From Candidatus Saccharimonadota bacterium (GTDB lineage Bacteria > Patescibacteriota > Saccharimonadia > Saccharimonadales > UBA4665), in contig OY970322.1 in NCBI GenBank assembly GCA_963716945.1, forward strand, positions 90,001-122,000: a DNA stretch of 32,000 nt, given 5' to 3'. Below the pieces are notes generated by a model that worked only from the letters and a program-made list of their open reading frames with translations, was not told the origin of the DNA and did no database searches. Below, in pieces: positions 15,474-22,628 of the stretch (position 1 is its first letter; the number at the start of each line of letters is the position of its first letter). Made by a program: the position numbers and the translations under genes.

Positions 15474-16826
15474 ATGCATATTTACTTCTCAGGCATCGGC
15501 GGTGCCGGTATCGGGCCGCTGGCGCAGATCGCCCATCAGGCCGGTTACGGCGTTTCGGGGTCGGATAAACAGGATTCGCAATATATCCAATACCTGAAGA
15601 AGCACGGTGTCACCGACATCCATATCGGTCAAACCCGGGCCGCTATCGCCGCCGCGCACGACAAACGGCCGATTGACTGGTTCGTTTACACTTCCGCCCT
15701 GCCGATGGAAAACCCGGACGCGCCGGAGCTGGCCTATTGTGCCGAGCAGGGCATTAAAACCAGCAAGCGGGATGAGTTCCTGAACCTTGTCCTGGAAGAA
15801 AAGGGCCTCAAGATGATTGCCATCGCCGGTACGCACGGCAAGACGACGACTACGGCTTTGACGGTCTGGTTGTTCAAGCAGCTGAAGGAGCCGCTCAGTT
15901 ATCTGCTGCCGGCCAAAGTCGAATTCGGCGAGATGGGCGAATTCGAGCCAGCCGGGAAGTACTTCGTTTACGAAGCCGATGAGTTTGACCGGAACTTCCT
16001 GGCCTACGAACCGGCGATCAGCCTGATTACCGGTGTCAGCTGGGACCACCATGAAATTTTCCCGACGCGGGAAGATTACCAGTCGGCTTTCCGGGAATTC
16101 ATAGACCAGACCGGGCAAACTTTTATCTGGGAAGAAGATGCCGCCTACCTGGAGCTGGAAGAAAAGTCCGGGCTCCACATACTCTCAAGCGGCAAGCCGG
16201 AGATTGACAAGCTTGGCCTGGCCGGCCGTTATAACCGGCTTGACGCCTGGCTGGCTATCCAAGCCGTCCACTTCGCGACTAAGCAGCCGGTCGCCAAACT
16301 GGTCGAGGCAGCTGGCCGCTTTCCCGGACTTTCACGCCGGATGGAACAGATCCTACCCGGCCTGTATAGCGACTACGCTCATACGCCGGAGAAAATCCGC
16401 GGCGCCATGAGCGTGGCGACGGAGATGGCGGCCGCCTCCGGCCAGAAGCTGGTGGTCGTTTACGAGCCGCTGACCGACCGCCGCCAGCACTACATTATGG
16501 ACGATTATAAGGACTGTTTCGACGGCGCAGCTAAGCTCTACTGGGTGCCCAGCTATCTGGCCCGCGAGGATCCCGGCCAGCGTGTCATACCGCCGGCAGA
16601 ACTGATCTCGCACCTCGACGACCCAACTATCGCCGAGCCGATGGAGCGCAACGCCTACCTGGCGCGGGTTATACAAGATCACCTGGCCAAAGGCGACATG
16701 GTGGTCGCCATGGCCGGCGGCGGGGGCGGCAGCCTTGACGACTGGCTGCGCCAGGAATTTGCGGCCGGTTCCAGCTCGCAAGCCTGGTACAACCGGCGGC
16801 GGCGGGAGGCCTTCGGGCAGTTATGA
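15474..16826 (+). CDS. murC: Mur ligase family, UDP-N-acetylmuramate--L-alanine ligase-like
   Basis: N-terminal IYFSGIGGAGIGPLA Rossmann motif, P-loop IAGTHGKTTTTA, YEADEFDRNFL, SWDHHEIF, FPGLSRRME and SDYAHTPEKI follow the order of MurC/Mpl motifs. Confidence 0.78.
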   Translation: MHIYFSGIGGAGIGPLAQIAHQAGYGVSGSDKQDSQYIQYLKKHGVTDIHIGQTRAAIAAAHDKRPIDWFVYTSALPMENPDAPELAYCAEQGIKTSKRDEFLNLVLEEKGLKMIAIAGTHGKTTTTALTVWLFKQLKEPLSYLLPAKVEFGEMGEFEPAGKYFVYEADEFDRNFLAYEPAISLITGVSWDHHEIFPTREDYQSAFREFIDQTGQTFIWEEDAAYLELEEKSGLHILSSGKPEIDKLGLAGRYNRLDAWLAIQAVHFATKQPVAKLVEAAGRFPGLSRRMEQILPGLYSDYAHTPEKIRGAMSVATEMAAASGQKLVVVYEPLTDRRQHYIMDDYKDCFDGAAKLYWVPSYLAREDPGQRVIPPAELISHLDDPTIAEPMERNAYLARVIQDHLAKGDMVVAMAGGGGGSLDDWLRQEFAAGSSSQAWYNRRRREAFGQL

Positions 16827-17566
16827 AAATAATCCAATTAAATATCTGGGGCGGCAAGCTCGGACATCAGATAATAGATTTCTTGAACCGGGAACGGCCG
16901 GACTTCGTTTGCATGCAGGAAGTCAATGACCTGAAGGGCCGGTCCGGCTACAAGTTCTTCGGCACGCTCGACGAAATCAAGGCGGGGGCCGGCTTCGCCG
17001 AAGCGTTCATGTCAGCCAGTTATTCGTCGCGTTATATGGAGCGCGAGCTGGAATACGGCAACGCTATCTTGAGCCGCTTGCCGGCCGTGGAGACCAAGAA
17101 GATTTTTACCCGCGGCGAGTACAGGCGCCATTTTGACATCACGCGCGATGATGGCAATATCCGCAACCTTCAGTTGGTGACCGTCCGAGCCGAAGGCGGT
17201 TTGCTGACAATCCTCAATCACCACGGCCACCACGTGCCAGATACTAAGGCCGGCAACGACGAAACCTCCAGACAAATGAAACTTATCGCCGATGTTATCG
17301 ACGGCTTGGACGGCCCGGTCATCATGTGCGGCGATTTCAATTTGGCCCCCGGCAGCCAATCGCTGGCCGTTATCAACGACCGGCTGACTAACCTTTCTAT
17401 CGAGAACGGCCTTAAAGATACTTATAACCGGTTCGGCACGGTCAACGAAGTCTGCGATTACATTTTCGTTAATAATCTGGTCAAAGTCCGCCGTTTCGCG
17501 ATGTCGGATGAGTTGGTTTCGGACCATAACGCCTTGATCCTTGAGTTCGACCTGCGATCATCCTAA
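16823..17566 (+). CDS. endonuclease/exonuclease/phosphatase (EEP) family protein
   Basis: LNIWGG...DFVCMQEV at the N-terminus, GDFNLAP, and C-terminal SDHNALILEF. It overlaps the murC-like stop by 4 nt. Confidence 0.85.
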   Translation: MKIIQLNIWGGKLGHQIIDFLNRERPDFVCMQEVNDLKGRSGYKFFGTLDEIKAGAGFAEAFMSASYSSRYMERELEYGNAILSRLPAVETKKIFTRGEYRRHFDITRDDGNIRNLQLVTVRAEGGLLTILNHHGHHVPDTKAGNDETSRQMKLIADVIDGLDGPVIMCGDFNLAPGSQSLAVINDRLTNLSIENGLKDTYNRFGTVNEVCDYIFVNNLVKVRRFAMSDELVSDHNALILEFDLRSS

Positions 17567-17650
17567 GCCTTGCCGCCTTAGCGACTACCGTCGCTCCCGA
17601 TAAGCTTGCCTGCTCGCCGACCCATATGAAAACTCTGCCAAACCATTACC

Positions 17651-17675
17651 AAAACATATGAATTGATATGGTTTT
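17651..17675. terminator. AT-rich bidirectional terminator-like hairpin between convergent genes
   Basis: AAAACATAT-GAATTG-ATATGGTTTT has an A-tract and a T-tract on either side. It is nested inside a longer inverted repeat, ATATGAAAAC (17624-17633) / GTTTTCATAT (17671-17680). The stem is weak (A/T only). Confidence 0.3.
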
Positions 17676-17702
17676 CATATCGTTCTGATGTGGGACGTTC
17701 AG

Positions 17703-18455
17703 CTACTTGCCGGCCGAAATATAGCCGCCATCGACAATCAGGGTCTGGCCGGTTATGAAACGCGCTTTATCGCTGGCTAGGAAGACTATGGCTTCGGCAA
17801 TCTCTTCGGGCTGGCCGATCCTGCCCATAAGCGAGCTTTTGGCTTTCTCCCAAGTAGCATCAACCCAGTTTTCCGTAATATCGGTTTGCGTAAACCCCGG
17901 CGATACCGCGTTCACCGCAATATCAGGTGCGAACTCTTTAGCCAGCGAAGAGGTAAGATTTATAACGGCCGCTTTGGAAGCCGAATAGGCCGAAACGCGG
18001 CTGCTTGGCGCGTTTTCATGGCCACGTATAGACCCCACGTTTACGATGCGGCCGTAGCCCTGTTGCTGCATATGAGGTATAACGGCCTGGCATAAATTAA
18101 CTACCCCCAGGACGTTAGTCCGATAAACCTCAAGCCAGTGCTCGTCGGTGGCTTCCAGAAAGGGTTCTGCCGGAGCGATCCCGGCGGAGTTGACAAGCAC
18201 GTCTATCCGGCCGGCTTTGTCGATTATGTCTTTGACGTTTTGCCGGACTGCGGCCTTGTCGCCGACATCGCTGGCAACCCAGTCGGCACTAAGCTCTTCG
18301 GCCAGGTCTTGGAGCGGTTTTGAGGCGGTCCGGCCGTGCAAAATAACCCGCGCCCCTAAAGAGCTGGCCAGCCGGGCAGTCGCCGCCCCGATGCCCCGGG
18401 CCGAACCGGCTATGAATACGGTCTTGTTCGCAAAGACTTTGCTGGTGTCTGACAT
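17703..18455 (-). CDS. short-chain dehydrogenase/reductase (SDR)
   Basis: From the ATG at 18455 the protein reads MSDTSKVFANKTVFIAGSARGIGAATA (Rossmann motif), with NSAG and YSASK (YxxxK). The ORF-track start at 18638 would overlap the NUDIX gene, and its extension is low-complexity. Confidence 0.85.
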   Translation of the reverse strand: MSDTSKVFANKTVFIAGSARGIGAATARLASSLGARVILHGRTASKPLQDLAEELSADWVASDVGDKAAVRQNVKDIIDKAGRIDVLVNSAGIAPAEPFLEATDEHWLEVYRTNVLGVVNLCQAVIPHMQQQGYGRIVNVGSIRGHENAPSSRVSAYSASKAAVINLTSSLAKEFAPDIAVNAVSPGFTQTDITENWVDATWEKAKSSLMGRIGQPEEIAEAIVFLASDKARFITGQTLIVDGGYISAGK

Positions 18456-18468
18456 ATACGATATTTTA

Positions 18469-18912
18469 CTACTTCCAGCCGTATTCGGCATAGCGGTTGC
18501 CGGCGGCGATTTGCTCAAGCCGGAAACGGCCCGGCGGCGCAACGTTATCAGGCAGGTTATCAAGATCGAACCAGTCCAGCGAGGCGTGCTTGTCCGGCTC
18601 GGCATTATAGAGTTCGCCCTGCCAGTCACTGACTTCAAAAACTACGTCCACCCAAGTCATGCCGTCGCTGCTGCGATGGGCCGTCAGCAGGTGCGCCAGA
18701 TCTTCGGGCCGGATATCGGCGCCGGCTTCTTCTTTGGCTTCGCGGACGGCGGCTTGGCGGTAGGTCTCGCCGGCTTCGACCTTGCCGGCCACGATGTCAT
18801 AATAGCCGTCCATCCAGCCGGTGTTTTGGCGCAGCAGGAAGGCGGCCCGGTTGCCTTTGCGGAAAAGGACGAAGGCCGAGATATAAGGCGTGGCGGTATC
18901 GTATTTGGTCAT
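18469..18912 (-). CDS. NUDIX hydrolase
   Basis: Nudix box GKVEAGETYRQAAVREAKEEAGADI (GX5EX7REUXEEXGU). Confidence 0.88.
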   Translation of the reverse strand: MTKYDTATPYISAFVLFRKGNRAAFLLRQNTGWMDGYYDIVAGKVEAGETYRQAAVREAKEEAGADIRPEDLAHLLTAHRSSDGMTWVDVVFEVSDWQGELYNAEPDKHASLDWFDLDNLPDNVAPPGRFRLEQIAAGNRYAEYGWK

Positions 18913-19241
18913 CGGTTGTCGCCGGTGCCGCCGAGGACGCCGCGGGCTTTGCGGCTCTTGAGCTTGTCGAGGTTTTGGCCGGCTATATCATCGAGCGATA
19001 AGCCCAGGTCGTGGGCGAATACGGCCAGGTACCACAGGACGTCGCCAAGTTCCTTGCCGAGTTCCAGCTTGTCCTGTTTGGTCATGACACCATTCTTGTC
19101 ACGGATGATTTTCTTGACCTTCTCGGCGACCTCGCCGGCTTCGCCGTTAATGCCCAGCACCCAGTGCAAAGAGTCCTTGAAAGCGTCGTTACTGGAGATA
19201 ACCGTCGTCAGCGCCCGCTTCTGGTACTCTTCAAAAGTCAT
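18909..19241 (-). CDS. MazG-like nucleotide pyrophosphohydrolase
   Basis: 110 aa, with GEAGEVAEKVKK...ELGDVLWYL, the EExxE/D all-alpha NTP-PPase motifs. It has 4-nt overlaps with both neighbours. Confidence 0.85.
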   Translation of the reverse strand: MTFEEYQKRALTTVISSNDAFKDSLHWVLGINGEAGEVAEKVKKIIRDKNGVMTKQDKLELGKELGDVLWYLAVFAHDLGLSLDDIAGQNLDKLKSRKARGVLGGTGDNR

Positions 19242-19804
19242 GCCTCCATTGTAGCATCGTCGATCTTGACGGCGCCGGGGCGCAGGACTTCGATAGCGTC
19301 GTCGATGACGCGGATGACGGTTGACGGTTCGCGGCCGGACAGGTCGCCGCCGTCCTTGTAGAAGTCAGGCTTGTCGCCGAAGGCCGCCCGCGCCTGCTCG
19401 ATCGTGGTACTGACCGGCTGGCCCGGCCGGTTGGCACTGGTAGTGAGCAGCGGTCCGGTTCGCCGGAGCAGTTGTTGGAGTTCGGGGTCGTCGGGAACCC
19501 TTACCGCCAAGCTCATTTTGCCCTGGTGCAAGTAGGCCAGTTCGGGATTGGCGGCCGGGATAATGACACTGACGGCGCCGGGCCAAAACTGCTCGACGGC
19601 TTTCAGGTAGCGGTGTTTCAGGCCCAGGTCCTCCAGCTGCTGCAGGTCGGCGGCAATGATCGTGCCGGGTTTGCCGGTTCGGTCTTTTAGGGCATACAGG
19701 CGGGCGGCAGCGGTTTGGTCGGCGGCCCGGGCAGCCAGGCCGTAAACCGTGTCCGTAGGGATAACGCCTACGCTGCCCGGCTCCAGTAATCGGTCGGCGG
19801 CCAT
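19238..19804 (-). CDS. tsaC: L-threonylcarbamoyladenylate synthase (TsaC/YrdC family)
   Basis: 188 aa single YrdC domain, with IPTDTVYGLAA...LYALKDRTGKPGTII...LLTTSANRPGQP. Confidence 0.85.
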   Translation of the reverse strand: MAADRLLEPGSVGVIPTDTVYGLAARAADQTAAARLYALKDRTGKPGTIIAADLQQLEDLGLKHRYLKAVEQFWPGAVSVIIPAANPELAYLHQGKMSLAVRVPDDPELQQLLRRTGPLLTTSANRPGQPVSTTIEQARAAFGDKPDFYKDGGDLSGREPSTVIRVIDDAIEVLRPGAVKIDDATMEA

Positions 19805-19807
19805 GGT

Positions 19808-20113
19808 TTATTTTTGCCTGATGTAAGCGATGACGGCCAGCAAGGCCAGGCCTAGGACAATTACGACCGTGGCAAAGATGGCGGTATTGGCGCTGGGAGC
19901 ACGCGGCGGCTTAGGCTGAGGCGGGGCTTTTTGGTGGGCCGGGGCGGCCGGCTGATGGGCCGGCGAATGAGGCGGGGCCGGCGGCGGGACGGCCGCGGGG
20001 GCATCATCCGGTTCGGGCGGCGGGGCGACCACGTCCATTATCGGGCCGGCCGGAGCCGGTTTTTCCATTTCGGGTGGCGGCTGCAGTTGGGAGTCTTCCA
20101 TTCTGGCTAGCAT
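19808..20113 (-). CDS. proline-rich tail-anchored membrane protein (101 aa)
   Basis: About 75 aa of P/A-rich low complexity, then one C-terminal TM (AIFATVVIVLGLALLAVIAYI) and RQK. It lies 3 nt upstream of tsaC. Confidence 0.5.
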   Translation of the reverse strand: MLARMEDSQLQPPPEMEKPAPAGPIMDVVAPPPEPDDAPAAVPPPAPPHSPAHQPAAPAHQKAPPQPKPPRAPSANTAIFATVVIVLGLALLAVIAYIRQK

Positions 20114-20147
20114 TGTAGCATGAAACCATAAGCCGTTACCGCCCGGT

Positions 20148-20951
20148 TCAGCCAGGGTGGCGGGGCGGTAACGGTATCAGGGGGCTGGTCCGTTTTTGAT
20201 AGGCTTGGTATTCGGGATCTTTCTGCCGGTGTTGTTCGATTGGCGGAATGCCGGAGACGAAGATAATGAGCAGGCTAAGGCCCAGCGGGCCGGCCAGACC
20301 GACCCAGCCGTAATCCGTTTGCAGCGCGATCAGGCCGATTGCCCACCACTGGGTCAGTTCGCCGAAATAGTTCGGGTGGCGGCTGTAGCGCCATAGGCCG
20401 GTTTGCATGACTTTCGGCCGGTTTTCGGACTTCAAAAACCCGGATAGCTGGTAATCGGCGGCGGCCTCCGTGGCAAAGCCGGCCAGCCAGATAACGGCAG
20501 CGGCCGCAGGCAACCAGCCCCAGCCGGCCAGTTGCTTACCGGCCGCCAAAACCACCGGCAAGCTGACCAGCCAGACCAGGCCGCCCTGTAACAGGAAAAC
20601 CGAGAAGTATGCCCGCAGCCAGAAGTTGCCGCGCCATTGGCGGCTGAGTTCCCGGTAGCGCCGGTCGTCATCCCGGCCGCGGTTGCGGCGCCAAATATGA
20701 TACGACAGGCGCAGCCCCCAAACGCCGACCAGTATGGCCGCCAGCAGGCCGCGCGGGCTGGCGTGCTGGACATAAGCCGACCAGGCCGCCAGGACGAAGC
20801 CCAGACCCCAGGCCGTATCGACCGTGTCCAGCCGCCGCCTGGCCCTGGCCACGACAAACCACGCTGTCATGTAGGCCGACAGCAAAACGGCGTTTACGGC
20901 CAGGATCCTTATTACCATAGGGCTAATTGTAGCAGGCGGCGGCTGTTTCAA
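20148..20951 (-). CDS. DUF1295 / steroid 5-alpha-reductase-like membrane protein
   Basis: Polytopic membrane protein with GLWRYSRHPNYFGE, the hallmark of DUF1295/ICMT-like enzymes. The ORF-track start at 20951 is a TTG. The ATG at 20918 (MVIRIL...) has TACAAT 7 nt upstream and is a plausible true start. Confidence 0.8.
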   Translation of the reverse strand: MKQPPPATISPMVIRILAVNAVLLSAYMTAWFVVARARRRLDTVDTAWGLGFVLAAWSAYVQHASPRGLLAAILVGVWGLRLSYHIWRRNRGRDDDRRYRELSRQWRGNFWLRAYFSVFLLQGGLVWLVSLPVVLAAGKQLAGWGWLPAAAAVIWLAGFATEAAADYQLSGFLKSENRPKVMQTGLWRYSRHPNYFGELTQWWAIGLIALQTDYGWVGLAGPLGLSLLIIFVSGIPPIEQHRQKDPEYQAYQKRTSPLIPLPPRHPG

Positions 20952-20974
20952 TTTAATACGCTTGTGGCTACAAT
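20946..20974 (+). promoter_or_regulatory. sigma70-like promoter TTTCAA-N17-TACAAT, 6 nt from the GTG at 20981 (leaderless-type)
   Basis: The -35 lies at 20946-20951 and the -10 at 20969-20974. A mirror TACAAT on the other strand (20931-20926) lies 7 nt from the ATG at 20918. Confidence 0.4.
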
Positions 20975-20980
20975 GAGCGG

Positions 20981-21613
20981 GTGGACAAAAAGCAATTCGT
21001 CGTAGCCTATAGGCTGGGTTTCGCGGTCTTGATCCCGGTAACCATAGCCGTCCAGCTGGCCTACAGCCTGGAACAGGCCCAGAATTTCAGTCTCGTCAAT
21101 TTTTTCAGCTACTTCACCATCCAAAGCAACTTGTTTGCGGCCGTTATCTTATTGATGTCGGCCTATTTCCTGCGCAAGCGCAAGAAAGACCCCCAATTGG
21201 AAAGCTTGCGCGGCGCGGCGACTTTATACATGGTTATCACCGGAATTATTTACAACCTGCTGCTGCGCGGCAACGACGCGACGCTGCTGGCTTGGGTCAA
21301 TGATGTTTTACACCGGGTCGTGCCGCTGGTTATGCTGTTCGATTGGCTGTACTGGCCGTCCGCCCGTAAGTTCGGCGCCAAAGAAGCCCTGCTGTGGTTA
21401 ATTTACCCTGTGGTTTATGCCGCCTACACGCTGATCCACGGACCGTTCGCCCGGCACTGGTACCCCTACCCCTTTATTGATGTCGGCCAGTATGGTTATG
21501 CCCGGGTCGCGCTTAATTGCGCCGTTATTGCCGTCGGCATGGTTATCCTGGCGCTGGCGCTAAGCCGGGTGCCGCGGCTGAAACTGGGTGCCCGGACTAA
21601 GCCAAGCGCTTGA
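20981..21613 (+). CDS. Pr6Pr-family (FAR-17a/AIG1-like) membrane protein
   Basis: About six TM helices and the NFFSYFTIQSN motif that I associate with this family. GTG start. The 3' end overlaps the convergent aldolase gene by 17 nt. Confidence 0.65.
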   Translation: MDKKQFVVAYRLGFAVLIPVTIAVQLAYSLEQAQNFSLVNFFSYFTIQSNLFAAVILLMSAYFLRKRKKDPQLESLRGAATLYMVITGIIYNLLLRGNDATLLAWVNDVLHRVVPLVMLFDWLYWPSARKFGAKEALLWLIYPVVYAAYTLIHGPFARHWYPYPFIDVGQYGYARVALNCAVIAVGMVILALALSRVPRLKLGARTKPSA

Positions 21614-22628
21614 TATCGGCCAGGAATCGCTCGACGTCGGCAGCCGAATTGTCCCAGGCGGTGACCAGGCGGACTTCGTCTTTGCTGGCGTCCCAGTCAT
21701 AGAAATGATGGCCGGCCTCGTGCAGCTTGGCCTTCAGCTCTTGCGCCAGACTCAGGAAGACATGGTTAGCCTGGACTTCCTGTGTCAGCTTGACGGCACC
21801 GACCTTGCTCAGCCCGTCGGCCAGCTGCCGGGCCAGCCGGTTGGCCTGGCCGGCATTGGTTTTCCAGATCTCATCTTCCAGGTACGGGATAAACTGGGCC
21901 GAGATATAGCGCATTTTGGAAGTCACTTGCATGACTTGTTTATGCATATGCGGCAGGCTGCTTTCCGGAGCGTTGAAAACGACTACGGCTTCGGCGTTCA
22001 AGAGGCCGTTCTTGGCGCCGCCGAAGGACAGCACGTCGACACCCAGGTCGCGGCTGGCCTCGCGCAGGCCGGTCTCCAGGGCGACGGCGGCGTTAGCCAA
22101 ACGGTTGCCGTCCATGTGGAGGTACAAGCCGTGCCGGTGGCACCAATCGGCCAGGGCCTTCACCTCTTCGGCCGTGTAAACGGTGCCGTACTCGGTGACT
22201 TGGGCTATGCTGACGACTTTTGGCGAAGCCGAATGGGGGTTACCGGGTTTGTGGCGCTCGAGCTCTACGTCCAGCATTTCCGGCACAAGTTTGCCGTCCG
22301 GCGTATTAACCGGGAACAGCTGGGTCCCGAGTATGGCCTGCGGCGTACCCGTTTCATCATTAAATATATGGCTGGTACCGGCCAAAATGACGGCTTCATA
22401 GGGCTGCTTCAGCAAAAGTTTCAGCGACAGTATGTTGGTCGCGGTACCGTTAGCCAGGAAGATGACCGAGCTGCCCCCGCCAAAAACTTTCTGGAAAACT
22501 TCAGTTGCCTGCTTGGTGATCTCGTCGGCGCCGTAGCTGGGCTGATGGCCCGAGTTGATGTCTTGCAGCTTTTGCATGACGGCCGGATGGACGGCCGAGT
22601 AGTTATCGCTCGCGAAAGTGGCTTTCAT
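21597..22628 (-). CDS. ltaE: low-specificity threonine aldolase family (PLP-dependent)
   Basis: N-terminal FASDNYSAVHPAVM, GTATN, and SFGGAKNG containing the PLP lysine. 343 aa. It is coupled to aspS by a 4-nt overlap. Confidence 0.82.
   Translation of the reverse strand: MKATFASDNYSAVHPAVMQKLQDINSGHQPSYGADEITKQATEVFQKVFGGGSSVIFLANGTATNILSLKLLLKQPYEAVILAGTSHIFNDETGTPQAILGTQLFPVNTPDGKLVPEMLDVELERHKPGNPHSASPKVVSIAQVTEYGTVYTAEEVKALADWCHRHGLYLHMDGNRLANAAVALETGLREASRDLGVDVLSFGGAKNGLLNAEAVVVFNAPESSLPHMHKQVMQVTSKMRYISAQFIPYLEDEIWKTNAGQANRLARQLADGLSKVGAVKLTQEVQANHVFLSLAQELKAKLHEAGHHFYDWDASKDEVRLVTAWDNSAADVERFLADIKRLA

Noticed and set aside
18456-18638. N-terminal extension of the SDR ORF (track start 18638)
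   Set aside because: The extension would overlap the NUDIX gene by 170 nt and is S/T/R/P-rich. The Rossmann motif begins right after the ATG at 18455.
18148-19254. 368-aa plus-strand ORF
   Set aside because: It lies antisense to the SDR, NUDIX and MazG genes, each of which carries diagnostic motifs. The composition is typical of a shadow ORF.
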